Shown one piece after another: positions 1-9,178 of a stretch of 64,000 nt of DNA (the stretch's first letter is position 1; the number at the start of each line of letters is the position of its first letter). The notes under the pieces are model-generated. The model saw only the letters and a list, made by a program, of their open reading frames with translations, was not told where the DNA came from and did not search any database. The position numbers and the translations under genes are program-made. The stretch is taken from assembly GCA_963743115.1 (NCBI GenBank), contig CAVUOM010000004.1, positions 73,170-137,169 on the forward strand. Direction: 5' to 3'. This stretch comes from an uncultured Acidobacteriaceae bacterium. Lineage in GTDB: Bacteria; Acidobacteriota; Terriglobia; Terriglobales; Acidobacteriaceae.

Positions 1-425
1 TTGTAGTGCGCGAAGGCGACCTCGAGTGTATCTGCGGCGTCGGAGACTTGATCGGTTTCCATTTGAGAACGGGCGAGGTCCTGCTTCTCGTCGTAGGGGG
101 CGCCGGGGGTTACGTTTTTGTTGACGGCGAGAGTCCATTTGCCTTTTTCGGGGATGGGGTAGACGGTGTAGGCGCCGAGGGGGATGGTTACGCCGCCGAA
201 GGCGAGCGGGGCCTCGGTGAACAAGGTCATGGGTGTGCCGCCGGGAGTCCAAGGCTTGCCGTTGGGAACTTTGTCATTTTTTGCGGTGACGGCGTTGTAG
301 CGGATGTAAACCTGGCGTCCGTCGTCGAGATTACAGCTGGCGGTGGAAGCGTCGGACTGCGCCGAAGCGATGGCTGTGAGAGTTGGCAGGAAAAGGATGG
401 CGACTACGAAGCGAGCGCGGAACAT
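1..425 (-). CDS. DUF2911-like secreted protein; N-terminal part only, the C-terminus lies beyond the window start
   Basis: Absent from the ORF track because it runs off the window. Reverse-strand ATG at 425-423 with GAGGGG upstream. Translation starts MFRARFVVAILFLPTLTAIASAQ (signal peptide), then ...NGKPWTPGGTPMTLFTEAPLAFGGVTIPLGAYTVYPIPEKGKWTLAVNKN, a pattern I associate with DUF2911. The listed + ORF 6..614 is its antisense shadow. Confidence 0.5.
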   Translation of the reverse strand, partial: MFRARFVVAILFLPTLTAIASAQSDASTASCNLDDGRQVYIRYNAVTAKNDKVPNGKPWTPGGTPMTLFTEAPLAFGGVTIPLGAYTVYPIPEKGKWTLAVNKNVTPGAPYDEKQDLARSQMETDQVSDAADTLEVAFAHY

Positions 426-592
426 GGGAGACCCCTCTGGGCTAAACAGTTTAGCGCCGAAAGGGGCCGAGGGGAAGGAAATTTGCGGCCCGGCCTTCTG
501 GAGCGAGGGATTGGCCCCGGTTGTTGCTGGTCTTCGGTGATGTACCCCCGCAGTTGGGGCGTTGCTACCGTGAGTGGCGAGGACACACACTC

Positions 593-985
593 ATGGCGAA
601 AGCAGCGAAGCTGAAAATTCTTTATGGTGAAGGGGATGCTGAGGAACAGGCGGTTACGGCAGCGGCCTTGGAGCAAGCTGGGCACACGGTAGAGAAGGCC
701 GTGGGGCGAAAGGCCGTGGAAGCGGCGATTGGCAAGGGCCGGTTCGACCTGGTGGTGCTGGGTCCGACGTTGAGCCGGAATGATCGGCATCATCTACCTT
801 ATATGGTGAAGAAAGCGCAGGCCGAGGTCAGCGTGCTGGTGATGCACGCGGATGGAAGCCGGCATCCTTATGTGGATGCTTGCACTGATACCGGGGCCAG
901 CGTGGAGAATGTTGTGGCACGGATTGAAGGGATGGCGATTGCTGGGGTGATTCCCGCTGCTGCGGGAGCGGCTGCTGGGAGGTAG
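593..985 (+). CDS. Stand-alone receiver-like (REC) protein lacking the phospho-acceptor Asp (pseudo-receiver)
   Basis: ATG 593 lies inside ORF 521..985, with GAGGA about 12 nt upstream. MAKAAKLKILYGEGDAEE...RFDLVVLGPTL shows a CheY-like layout, but the acceptor position after DLVVL is Gly. Confidence 0.55.
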   Translation: MAKAAKLKILYGEGDAEEQAVTAAALEQAGHTVEKAVGRKAVEAAIGKGRFDLVVLGPTLSRNDRHHLPYMVKKAQAEVSVLVMHADGSRHPYVDACTDTGASVENVVARIEGMAIAGVIPAAAGAAAGR

Positions 986-1022
986 CGGCCGGTACCTGGT
1001 ACCCAGTACCCAGTTCTATTGA

Positions 1023-1048
1023 GAGCGGCTTTGCGGCCGCTCTTTTTC
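1023..1048 (+). terminator. Rho-independent terminator after the receiver-like gene
   Basis: GAGCGGC-tttgcg-GCCGCTC (7-bp stem, 6-nt loop) followed by TTTTTC. Confidence 0.7.
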
Positions 1049-1414
1049 TTTGGTGAGAGAAACCCTTTAACACAGGGGGCGCAGAGGCACACAGGGTAAA
1101 TCGGATTGCTACGAATCTAAATGGTTAACTGGTGGGATCGGTTGCGATTCGCGGCGGTTGTTTCATCGGTTGTCTGCGGTTTGATGGGATTGAAGTGGAA
1201 TTTCTCGTCGTCGGCCCGGTTGAATTTGGTGCGAACCTGGTTGGTAATAGTGGAGCATCCCGGCGGTTCTGCGGCTGGTTCGGTTGCCTGGAAATCCTGA
1301 TTTCTGTTTGCTGAGCTGGTCCAGTGGTCTTCTTGTCTAAAATTTCTGCCTGACAAACTTTAGAGAAGCGAATTCTTGTGCATTACATCCAAAGCGGTGT
1401 ATGAGGAGGGTGCG

Positions 1415-1927
1415 ATGAGCGTTAGTGCGGAGTTTTTGCCGGAGTTTGATTCGGAGATGGCGGCGGCGCGGCGGACTTTGGAAAGGATTCCGGAGGATAA
1501 GCTGGCCTGGAAGCCGCATGAGAAGTCGATGACGCTGGGCCGGCTTGCCGGGCATATTGCAGAGCTGCCGGGGATGGGAGTGAGCGTGATGAAAGAGGAT
1601 GCTCTGGATTTTGCCAAGCGTCCGGCTGGAGAGCCGGCGCGGAAACCCAACGTGGCGGAGTCGCAGAAGCATGTGCTGGAATTGTTTGATAAGAATGTTG
1701 CGGCTGCGCGGGCTGCGATTGCGGGCGCCAGTGATGAGCGTTGGGCTGGAAAGTGGACGCTCTCGGCGGGTGAGAGAAAGTTTTACGACGGGACGCGGTT
1801 CGGGGCGATGAGGCGGATGATGATGAATCATGTGATCCATCATAGGGCGCAGTTGGGAGTTTATTTGCGGTTGAATGATGTGGCGGTGCCTTCGGTGTAT
1901 GGGCCTTCGGCGGATGAGGGAAGGTAG
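1415..1927 (+). CDS. DinB-family (four-helix bundle) protein
   Basis: ATG 1415 is preceded by GAGGAGGG. MSVSAEFLPEFDSEMAAARRTLERIPEDKLAWKPHEKSMTLGRLAGHIAE...NHVIHHRAQLGVYLR is the typical DinB/YfiT-like His pattern. Confidence 0.75.
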   Translation: MSVSAEFLPEFDSEMAAARRTLERIPEDKLAWKPHEKSMTLGRLAGHIAELPGMGVSVMKEDALDFAKRPAGEPARKPNVAESQKHVLELFDKNVAAARAAIAGASDERWAGKWTLSAGERKFYDGTRFGAMRRMMMNHVIHHRAQLGVYLRLNDVAVPSVYGPSADEGR

Positions 1928-1998
1928 AGCCCGGCATCAATTACGATCACGATCGTGGCAGTTATTTTATCCAGGGCCTGTCGTTGGCCTGCAGGCGA

Positions 1999-2448
1999 TC
2001 ACTTCGACTCGCGTGGGTCATACGCGACTAGAATGAAGACTTTGGAATGCGGTCCCCCAGTAAGAATCACCTTCAGGGTATTGTCTTTGGGTACCTTCAC
2101 CGCTGCTTGAGCATTTCTGCCTCTGCCGGGTGGAAGCACTCGCTGACCGTTGAGGAACACTTCATAGCTGTTAACTTCGTCTGCGCCTCGGCCGTCGCCG
2201 TTCGCGACGGTTAACACGCAGCAACCTTTTGGCACCGGATCGACACGAAAATCCTCTGTTTGGGTGCACGGCTTATCGCTGGGACATCCGAGGAAAAAAT
2301 GCATGTACACAGCGGGAGGGTAGCCGTTGCCGTCTTGCTTTGCGTTGTCCGCCTTGGAGTCTTGTGCCCAAATAGGCGCCGTACTCATTACGTAGACGAA
2401 GGTACAAAGAATGAATCCAGCCACGCGCTTCGGCGGATGAGAATGCAC
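1999..2448 (-). CDS. Hypothetical secreted protein
   Basis: C-terminal part of ORF 1999..2652. Probable GTG start at 2448 gives MHSHPPKRVAGFILCTFVYVMSTAPIWAQDS (signal-peptide-like). No recognisable family; start uncertain. Confidence 0.45.
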   Translation of the reverse strand: MHSHPPKRVAGFILCTFVYVMSTAPIWAQDSKADNAKQDGNGYPPAVYMHFFLGCPSDKPCTQTEDFRVDPVPKGCCVLTVANGDGRGADEVNSYEVFLNGQRVLPPGRGRNAQAAVKVPKDNTLKVILTGGPHSKVFILVAYDPRESK

Positions 2449-2524
2449 CCGCCCACGATAGCATACGAGCTGCCCACGCACAGAGAGAATGCCTTGCGGA
2501 GCCGAGGGCGCATTTGAACGGCTA

Positions 2525-2657
2525 GGGATCCTTCGACTGCGTGGCTGGTTCGCTTTCGCGAACCAGCCACTTCGCTCAGGATGACAACCGGATGGGTGAG
2601 GTGGAGACTGGCTCGCTTTCCTCGCTGGACAGCCGAAGGCGGCTGTCCCCACATGAG
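2525..2657. repeat. Intergenic palindromic repeats: one family-A copy (…CTTCGCTCAGGATGACA) plus one family-B copy (…GGACAGCCGAAGGCGGCTGTCCCCAC)
   Basis: GGGATCCTTCGACTGCG-[GTGGCTGGTTCGC tttc GCGAACCAGCCAC]-TTCGCTCAGGATGACAACC, then CTGGACAGCCGAAGGCGGCTGTCCCCACATGAG. The same motifs recur at the other repeat features listed. Confidence 0.8.
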
Positions 2658-2682
2658 CATTCTGGTCGCCGGCGCGGCGGCG

Positions 2683-4824
2683 CTACTGTTGCAGGGCTAC
2701 CTTCATATCCAGGTTGTGGGCCAGGAAGGACCAGGTGTCGGCGGTTTCGTCGATCAGCTTTGTGATTGATTTGCCGGCTCCGTGGCCGGCTTTGGTTTCG
2801 ATGCGAATTAAGATTGGGGCTGGGCCGGCTTGATCGGCTTGCATGGTGGCGGCGAATTTGAAGCTGTGGCCGGGGACTACGCGGTCGTCGTGGTCGGACG
2901 TTGCGATCAGCGTGGGCGGATACTTTGTTCCTGGTTTCAGATTGTGCAGCGGGGAGTAGGCGTAGAGGGCTTTGAAATCTTCGGCGTTGTCGGAGGAGCC
3001 GTAGTCGCTGGTCCAGGCCCAGCCTATGGTGAATTTCTGGAAGCGCAGCATGTCCATGACGCCGACTTCGGGCAACGTCACGCCGAAGAGATCGGGACGC
3101 TGGGTTACGCAGGCGCCGATGAGCAGGCCGCCGTTGCTGCCGCCGCGAATGGCGAGCTTTGGAGTTGAGGTGTATTTGTTGGCGATTAGCCATTCGGCAG
3201 CGGCGATGAAGTCGTCGAATACATTTTGCTTTTTCAGTTTCATCCCGGCCTGATGCCACTCTTCGCCGTATTCTCCGCCGCCGCGCAGGTTCGGCTGCGC
3301 GTAGACTCCTCCCATTTCCAGCCACACTACATTGGGAACGGAAAAGTTCGGCGTCAGGGAGATGTCGAATCCGCCGTAGGCGTAGAGCAGCGTGGGGTTT
3401 TGTCCGTCGAGCTTTAATCCCTTCTTGTAGGTCAGGAACATGGGGACGCGAGTGCCGTCTTTGCTGGCGTAGAAAACTTGTTTGGTTTCGTAGAGAGAAG
3501 AATCGAAATCGACTTTGGGCTGGCGGTAGATGGCGCTCTTGGCCGCTTCGAGATCGTAGCGATAGACAGTGGCGGGAGAGATGAAGCTGGTGAAGGCGTA
3601 GAAAGTTTCTTTATCTTTGCGCTTGCCGCCGAAACCTGCGGCGGTGCCGATGCCGGGCAGATCGACGTTGTGGAGGAATGTGCCGCTGAGGTCGTAGACG
3701 CGGACTTCGGTGCGGGCGTCTTTCAGATATCCGAGAAGAAATGAATTGTTTACTACGTTCGAGAACTCAAGTTTGTCGACGCCCTGGGGAACTACAGTTT
3801 TCCAGCTGGTGCGTTCGGGATGGCGGGTGTCGATGGCGATGAGGCGTCCGCGGGGAGCTTCGAGATCGGTTTGAAACCAGAAGACGGGGCCGTCGTTATC
3901 GATGAACAGGTATTGCGCGTCGAAGTCGTCGAGCAGCTTTACTACCTGGGAATCCGGTTGGGTCAGGTCTTTGTAATAAATTCGACTCTTGGGCGATGTG
4001 CCTTGCGAGACCTGGATGACCAGATAGTGGCCATCATCAGTCACGTTGCCGCTGAACAACATCTCTTTGTTGTCGGGGCGCTCGTAGATCAGCTTGTCTT
4101 CGGATTGCGCAGTGCCGAGGCGGTGATAGTAGAGCTTTTGGAAATAATTGGTGTCGCGCAGGGTCGCGCCGGTGGGTTCGTCGTAGCGGCTGTAAAAGAA
4201 ACCCTGGTTGTCTTTGCTCCAGGATGCGCCGGAGAACTTCACCCACTTGAGATCGTCGGAGAGATCTTTTCCGGTGTCGACGTCGCGGACGTGCCACTCG
4301 GTCCAGTCGGAGCCGGAGGTGGCAATGCCATAGGCCATCAGCTTGCCGTCGTCGGAGATGGCTTCACTCGCCAGAGCTACGGTGCCATCCGGAGAAAGCG
4401 TGTTGGGATCGAGCAGGACGCGGGGCTCGGCGTTGAGGGACTCGGCGACGAGGAGGACGTTCTGTTGTTGGAGTCCGGTGTTGTGCTGAAAGAAGTAGCG
4501 TCCGCCATGCTGGCTGGGAGTGGAGAAACGCTCGTAGTTCCAGAGCTTGGTGAGGCGGTCGCGGATGGCCTGGCGGTAGGGGAGCTGATCGAGGTAGCCG
4601 AAGGTTAGTTTGTTTTCGGCTTCGATCCAGGCGTGAGTTTCGGCGGAGTCGGTGTCTTCGAGCCAGCGGTAGGGATCGGCGACTTTGGTGCCGTGGTAGT
4701 CATCGACCTGGTCGCCGCGGCGGGCTTGAGGATACGTGAGCGGCGCGGTTTGCGCGGCGGAGAGTAGCGTGAACATGGGGAGCAGGAGTGAGAACAGAAT
4801 GATTGCGTGGCGCGTTAGGTGCAT
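2683..4824 (-). CDS. Prolyl oligopeptidase (S9A prolyl endopeptidase), secreted
   Basis: Start taken at [25 protein letters not shown] (signal peptide). [18 protein letters not shown]-terminal hallmark, GGSNGGLL nucleophile elbow, catalytic His context ...KAGHGAGK. Confidence 0.9.
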   Translation of the reverse strand: MHLTRHAIILFSLLLPMFTLLSAAQTAPLTYPQARRGDQVDDYHGTKVADPYRWLEDTDSAETHAWIEAENKLTFGYLDQLPYRQAIRDRLTKLWNYERFSTPSQHGGRYFFQHNTGLQQQNVLLVAESLNAEPRVLLDPNTLSPDGTVALASEAISDDGKLMAYGIATSGSDWTEWHVRDVDTGKDLSDDLKWVKFSGASWSKDNQGFFYSRYDEPTGATLRDTNYFQKLYYHRLGTAQSEDKLIYERPDNKEMLFSGNVTDDGHYLVIQVSQGTSPKSRIYYKDLTQPDSQVVKLLDDFDAQYLFIDNDGPVFWFQTDLEAPRGRLIAIDTRHPERTSWKTVVPQGVDKLEFSNVVNNSFLLGYLKDARTEVRVYDLSGTFLHNVDLPGIGTAAGFGGKRKDKETFYAFTSFISPATVYRYDLEAAKSAIYRQPKVDFDSSLYETKQVFYASKDGTRVPMFLTYKKGLKLDGQNPTLLYAYGGFDISLTPNFSVPNVVWLEMGGVYAQPNLRGGGEYGEEWHQAGMKLKKQNVFDDFIAAAEWLIANKYTSTPKLAIRGGSNGGLLIGACVTQRPDLFGVTLPEVGVMDMLRFQKFTIGWAWTSDYGSSDNAEDFKALYAYSPLHNLKPGTKYPPTLIATSDHDDRVVPGHSFKFAATMQADQAGPAPILIRIETKAGHGAGKSITKLIDETADTWSFLAHNLDMKVALQQ

Positions 4825-4942
4825 GGGGCCTCTGGAGTGGAATGAGTGGTGCGGTCTATTTTGCCTGTGGGAGTGGGTAAGACGCAAGACAGGGCCGAGG
4901 CGGAAACGCCTTGCAGGGCTGGTGGTCGCGGCACACGGGAAA

Positions 4943-5010
4943 GGGGTCCTTCGGCTCCGACACGCGGTCCGCTTCGCGGGCCGCGCGTCTCCGCTCAGGA
5001 TGACAGAGCC
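4943..5010. repeat. Family-A intergenic palindromic repeat
   Basis: GGGGTCCTTCGGCTCCGACACGCGGTCCGCTTCGCGGGCCGCGCGTCTCCGCTCAGGATGACAGAGCC, with an internal imperfect hairpin and the same termini as the 2525 and 26576 copies. Confidence 0.75.
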
Positions 5011-5012
5011 GA

Positions 5013-5537
5013 CTATGGGAGGGTGCGGCGGGATTGCTTGCTGGCGGCGGGTTTGTAGTCTGCGGGATAGAGGACTACGCAGCGGTTGAAGCCTTCGCCG
5101 TCGCTTTCGGTGCGGAGGTCGGTTTGATCGCGCAGGGCGAGGTGGACGATGCGGCGCTCGCGCGATGACATGGGAGCGAAATGGAACGGGGTTCCGGTCT
5201 GGCGAACTTTTTCGGCGGCGACGCTGGCGGCCATGCGAAGTTCCTGGAGACGGATGGAACGCTGGTTCTTGCAGTCGAAAGAAATTTTTTCGTGCTCGGC
5301 GGACGGCAGGTGGAGGATTTCGAAGGCTAAGAGTTCGAGCGCGCGGAGAAGTTCGGCGCCGCGATCGAGGAGTAGGGTTGAGTCGGGGCCGGAGAAATCC
5401 ACGAAGATTTCGGGCTTCTCCCAGTCCGTGGGGGCTGGCGGATCGACGACAATTCGGTATTTGAGGTGGAGTCCTCCGTTGGTGACTACCGACTGGAGGA
5501 ATTCGTTGATGCGGTTGGCGGCGGCTAGTTTGTCCAT
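5013..5537 (-). CDS. jag: Jag/KhpB-type RNA-binding protein (KH + R3H domains)
   Basis: Sits directly downstream of yidC. C-terminal ...APMSSRERRIVHLALRDQTDLRTESDGEGFNRCVVLYP is an R3H motif. Confidence 0.8.
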   Translation of the reverse strand: MDKLAAANRINEFLQSVVTNGGLHLKYRIVVDPPAPTDWEKPEIFVDFSGPDSTLLLDRGAELLRALELLAFEILHLPSAEHEKISFDCKNQRSIRLQELRMAASVAAEKVRQTGTPFHFAPMSSRERRIVHLALRDQTDLRTESDGEGFNRCVVLYPADYKPAASKQSRRTLP

Positions 5538-5543
5538 AGGGTC

Positions 5544-5713
5544 GCTCTTAGCTATTAGCTCTTAGCCTTTAGCTTGAAACTCAAAACCTTTACCACGGAG
5601 GGCACGGGGTTTCACGGGGTAACCCTTCCATTTGAAAACCAAATCTTATCGCAACGGCGGCGGCTTTTGTGCGCTTCAAGCTAAGAGCTAACAGCTAAAG
5701 GCTAAAAGCTGGT
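5544..5713. repeat. Family-C element: inverted arms built from 7-nt AGCT-containing units, flanking about 96 bp
   Basis: Left arm GCTCTTAGCTATTAGCTCTTAGCCTTTAGCTTGAA (5544-5578). Right arm CTTCAAGCTAAGAGCTAACAGCTAAAGGCTAAAAGCTGG (5675-5713). About 29 of 35 positions are complementary in my hand alignment. It fills the yidC-jag spacer. Confidence 0.75.
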
Positions 5714-7498
5714 TCACTTCTCTTTCTTACGGGCGCGTTTTTCCATCATTTCCCGCATTTCACGGCCCAGCTTGGTGCGGTTCATGACGGCTTGTTGCGC
5801 GATCATAATCAGGTTGCTCTCGGTGTAATACAGGTTCAAGCCCGCGGCTAGTTTAAAGAAGATGAAGCCCATGAATAGCGGCATCATGATCGTCATCATT
5901 TTTTGCTGGGCGGGATCCATGCCGGCTTGCGGGGTCATGCGCTGCATGACGACCATGCTGACCACCATCAATAACGGCAGCACCCAGTCGGAGGCGGAGA
6001 GGTCGGTGATCCAGAGCCAGTGGGCGTGGCGCAGCTCCAGAGCTACGCCCAACATTCTGTAGTAAGCGATCAGGAACGGGAACTGAATGATGAGAGGCAG
6101 ACAGCCGCCGGCAGGATTGACGCTCTCCTTCTTGTAGAGCGCGCTGATCTCTTCGTTCATTGCGGCTTTACGGGGATCGCGCAGGCTGTACTTCTTGTAT
6201 TTCTCCTGAATGTTTTTGATCTGGGGCTGGATGCGCTGCATCTTCAGCATCGACTTCATCTGGGTGATGCGCAGAGGCAAAAGAAGAATGGTGATGATGA
6301 AAGTCTGGATGACGATGGCCCATCCCCAGTTATGAACCATGTGGTTGTAGGTCCACTTGAGCCAGAGAAAGAGCGGGCGCGCAAGAATGCCCCACCAGCC
6401 GAAATCGACGATGCCACGGAGATCGGAGTTGCCGTTCTTGATGGTGGGAACGGAGACTGCATCAAGCACGGCCAGTTCTTTGGGGCCCACATACATGCGC
6501 TCGGTGGTAGGGCCGGGGAGGCTGCCGACGGCGGCGCCTAGAACATCTACGTTCGCGGTGTCTTTGGAACTGGCGCCCACGGGATTGAAGCCGGGCTTCT
6601 GCGGAATCTCTAAGGGGTTGCGCAGCGTGACCATGGCGGTGGTGGCGGGATCGTTGGGGATAAAAATCGCGGTGAAGTATTGATCGCCAGTACCGGCCCA
6701 TTCGAATGGACCTTTGATAGTGTTGCCGCTGCTGATGCTCTTGATGGGCAGACGCAGAACGAAATTCGGAAAGACCAATGCGGTATGGTCGGTGGAAGCG
6801 TCATCGTGGTAGTCGATGCGAGCAGCGGCATAGGCGGCAGCCGTGACTTGGTCGCCGAATCCGGCGGGCCACGCCGGCGGGGCGAAGATTTCCGCACCTT
6901 TGTAGAAGACGGAGGTTTCGACGTTCAGAACGTACGTGTGGTCGAAATGGAAAGTCTTGCGAACAACCAGATCCTGATCGGCATACTCGAAGGTGATCGT
7001 GGCCGGAGCCGTGAGATTGCCTTCGTTTGAAGCTACGTAGAGCGCGGAGTTGAGGCGGTTGCGCAGAGTTTCGTCGTAAGTCCACAGCGAGAGCGGGTAG
7101 CCGAATTTTTGAGCGGCGGCGGAGTTGACTAATTCGAGCCGGCCGTTCTGGGCGTCGTTGTCAAACTTTTTGAGGATCCAGGATTTAACCTGGGCGCCGC
7201 GGTTGGTGAAGGTGATTTTGTAGAGATCGTTCTCGATCACGGTTTCGGTTTCGGTGGAAGCCTGCTTGGTGACCGTCGAGGTTGGATGCGTGGGGATAAG
7301 CGCCGCTGGCGCAGACGGAGGCGGCGTAATTGCCGGCTGCGTTTGTACGGATTTATTTTTCGCTGGCTCGGCCGGGGGCGGCGCGTATTTCTTGAGCACT
7401 GCTTGAGATACAACGAGGACGACGAACGTCAGAACAACGACGATGAGGAGCCGGCGCTCGGAGCCGGGCTCTTGTTGAGGATTTTGATATTCGGCCAA
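5714..7498 (-). CDS. yidC: Membrane protein insertase YidC
   Basis: 594 aa. N-terminal TM segment, large periplasmic domain, C-terminal 60-kDa IMP core (...GGCLPLIIQFPFLIAYYRML...MMPLFMGFIFFKLAAGLNLYY) and a basic tail. Conserved rnpA-yidD-yidC synteny. Confidence 0.95.
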   Translation of the reverse strand: MAEYQNPQQEPGSERRLLIVVVLTFVVLVVSQAVLKKYAPPPAEPAKNKSVQTQPAITPPPSAPAALIPTHPTSTVTKQASTETETVIENDLYKITFTNRGAQVKSWILKKFDNDAQNGRLELVNSAAAQKFGYPLSLWTYDETLRNRLNSALYVASNEGNLTAPATITFEYADQDLVVRKTFHFDHTYVLNVETSVFYKGAEIFAPPAWPAGFGDQVTAAAYAAARIDYHDDASTDHTALVFPNFVLRLPIKSISSGNTIKGPFEWAGTGDQYFTAIFIPNDPATTAMVTLRNPLEIPQKPGFNPVGASSKDTANVDVLGAAVGSLPGPTTERMYVGPKELAVLDAVSVPTIKNGNSDLRGIVDFGWWGILARPLFLWLKWTYNHMVHNWGWAIVIQTFIITILLLPLRITQMKSMLKMQRIQPQIKNIQEKYKKYSLRDPRKAAMNEEISALYKKESVNPAGGCLPLIIQFPFLIAYYRMLGVALELRHAHWLWITDLSASDWVLPLLMVVSMVVMQRMTPQAGMDPAQQKMMTIMMPLFMGFIFFKLAAGLNLYYTESNLIMIAQQAVMNRTKLGREMREMMEKRARKKEK

Positions 7499-7511
7499 AG
7501 TCTTCCTTTAA

Positions 7512-7775
7512 TTACCTCAGGGACACGGAATTACAGCTTCCGCCGGTTGCCTGCTTAACGACCGGGTCGTAGCCGGAACGGGCTAAGGGATGACAGCGGA
7601 GGATGCGGGTAAAAGCCATCCATCCGCCGCGCAGAGCGCCGTAGCGCTCGACGGCCTCCATGGCATATTCAGAGCAGGTCGGCACGTAGCGGCAGGCTGG
7701 GGGCAGCATGGGCGAGATCGCCCATTTGTAGGCCCGCAACAGGTGCAGCGTGACGAATTTGGCGATGTTGCTCAA
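7512..7775 (-). CDS. yidD: Membrane protein insertion efficiency factor YidD
   Basis: [52 protein letters not shown] is the YidD signature. The TTG start overlaps the rnpA stop (TTGA). Confidence 0.9.
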   Translation of the reverse strand: MSNIAKFVTLHLLRAYKWAISPMLPPACRYVPTCSEYAMEAVERYGALRGGWMAFTRILRCHPLARSGYDPVVKQATGGSCNSVSLR

Positions 7776-8221
7776 GGGCGGCTATCGGCTTTCGGGCTTC
7801 GGGCTGCGGCAATTCTGTTCGTGGCTGCATCAGGGTTTGCTTTCCCTGAGAGCTTCTGTTCGATTATGGCGAAGGCTCGGCTGACTTCGTTCTGTAGCGC
7901 GGCGAAGTCGGTAGCCAGCAATGACTTTTTCGGATTGATCACGACATCCGCCGCAATGCCGGCGGGTGGACGCGACATGCGGACTGCTTCGCGCAGGCGG
8001 CGCTTCATGCGGTTGCGCTGAACGGCACCGCCGAGGGCGCGGCCTACCGTGAATCCCACGCGCAAGCCTGCGACAGGCGTTTCTGCTTCTGGGCGAGGCC
8101 AATAAAAAACGGTGATGGACGCGGAAAAGTGGCGGCGTCCTTGTTTGTAGACGCGCTCGAAATCCGCATGGCGCAGAAGGCGCGCGCTGCGGGGAAATCG
8201 GGCTGTTGGCTTTGGCTGCAT
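7772..8221 (-). CDS. rnpA: Ribonuclease P protein component
   Basis: ATG 8221 lies inside ORF 7772..8623. [33 protein letters not shown]...[16 protein letters not shown] carries the RNR-MKR motif. Located downstream of rpmH. Confidence 0.9.
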   Translation of the reverse strand: MQPKPTARFPRSARLLRHADFERVYKQGRRHFSASITVFYWPRPEAETPVAGLRVGFTVGRALGGAVQRNRMKRRLREAVRMSRPPAGIAADVVINPKKSLLATDFAALQNEVSRAFAIIEQKLSGKANPDAATNRIAAARSPKADSRP

Positions 8222-8325
8222 GGCGAAGTCCGGCCGAGTTCTCAGCGTGGCGCTAGCCAGCATGCCCGCGTGCTGCAGCGGGCGGCTGAGGGTCTCGACT
8301 GTGGAAGTGAGCGGCACCAGAAAAG

Positions 8326-8481
8326 CTACTCGCGGAAGCCGGGTTTTACGGAGACCCGCTTTCGTCCCTTGGCGCGGCGGCGGGAAATCACCTTTTTGCC
8401 GCCCTGGGTCTTCATGCGCGTGCGAAAACCATGCTTCTTGCTTCGCTTGCGCCGGTTGGGTTGGAATGTACGCTTGGGCAT
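8326..8481 (-). CDS. rpmH: 50S ribosomal protein L34
   Basis: Below the ORF-track size cut-off. My hand translation is [51 protein letters not shown] (51 aa), matching the L34 consensus. Confidence 0.95.
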   Translation of the reverse strand: MPKRTFQPNRRKRSKKHGFRTRMKTQGGKKVISRRRAKGRKRVSVKPGFRE

Positions 8482-8595
8482 GAAAGATAGCTGCTCCTGA
8501 TTCCGTCGACAGTGTTATGGCAAACGGTAAGTATAAATGACGGAGAGGGGTGAGGGCAAAGGGCGAGGCTTGAGCGTAGCGAGCTACCTTGAACT

Positions 8596-8811
8596 TTAAT
8601 CGACGATGAAACCTTCCCTCCAACCATCCTTGTTGAGCTCGTAGGGGTAAATATGGAATCCTTGAGGGAAGCTAGCGAAACCCTTTTGGTCTTTGACACG
8701 CTCAATTGCCGCTCTCGCTTCTGATTCGCTTGAATACACACCAATAAGCAACTCGCAACCCTCGGAGTCAGCGCTGTCCTGCTCAAACCACAGCAAGTAA
8801 ACCGTGATCAT
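8596..8811 (-). CDS. Small hypothetical protein (71 aa)
   Basis: MITVYLLWFEQDSADSEGCELLIGVYSSESEARAAIERVKDQKGFASFPQGFHIYPYELNKDGWREGFIVD. AAGGGG lies 8 nt upstream. The ATG overlaps (ATGA) the stop of the transposase-relic frame. Acidic, globular-looking composition. Confidence 0.5.
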   Translation of the reverse strand: MITVYLLWFEQDSADSEGCELLIGVYSSESEARAAIERVKDQKGFASFPQGFHIYPYELNKDGWREGFIVD

Positions 8812-8981
8812 TTACGTTGCCCCTTCCGCCTCCGCTGTTCGTAAGGTTCCCAGCGGGCCACAAGGTCTTGCATGCTCCACGGCCAACCCGTCACGCCGGC
8901 GGCGTCGCCGGGGGACGCATGAGGTGTACGATGAATCTTGACGACATTATAGGCGAAGCCGTTTAGAGCCGTCGCCGCCGC
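8808..8981 (-). pseudogene. Relic of a transposase C-terminus (IS1595/ISXO2-like tail), with no start codon
   Basis: The frame is open from the TGA at 8984-8982 and reads ...LNGFAYNVVKIHRTPHASPGDAAGVTGWPWSMQDLVARWEPYEQRRRKGQRK*. The F-x-YN-x-V-[KR]-IH-x-T...P-x-x-AAGVT...WS-x-x-[DE]L pattern is the conserved tail of a DDE transposase family, as I remember it. No ATG/GTG/TTG lies upstream of the internal Met. Confidence 0.45.
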
Positions 8982-9094
8982 TCACTCTCCAACTTCCAGA
9001 CAAAGTAGTCCGCTGCGGTTCTCAGCTCCTAGTTTCCATTGGCGGTTTTCGAGGTGCGGTTAGTGTGGCAGTTTGATAAGGACGGGAGCCATTC

Positions 9095-9178
9095 GCCCTT
9101 GCTTGCTCAGGGCAGACAGGTTCGCGCGGCTCGCCCAGATTCCTCACTTCGCAATGAACGCTTGCTCGGAATGACAAC
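9095..9178. repeat. Family-A variant repeat (…CTTGCTCGGAATGACAAC)
   Basis: 9123-9178 is identical to 19862-19917 at 51 of 56 positions in my hand alignment (CGCGCGGCTCGCCCAGATTCCTC...GCTTGCTCGGAATGACAAC). Confidence 0.8.

Noticed and set aside
6-614. 202-aa plus-strand ORF at the window start
   Set aside because: It has Gly/Val/Asp-rich antisense-type composition. It lies exactly opposite a reverse-strand frame that has a signal peptide and a DUF2911-like pattern.
2576-3325. 249-aa minus-strand ORF (Arg-rich) inside the prolyl oligopeptidase gene
   Set aside because: It is an alternative frame of a gene with clear S9A motifs, and its poly-Arg composition is not protein-like.
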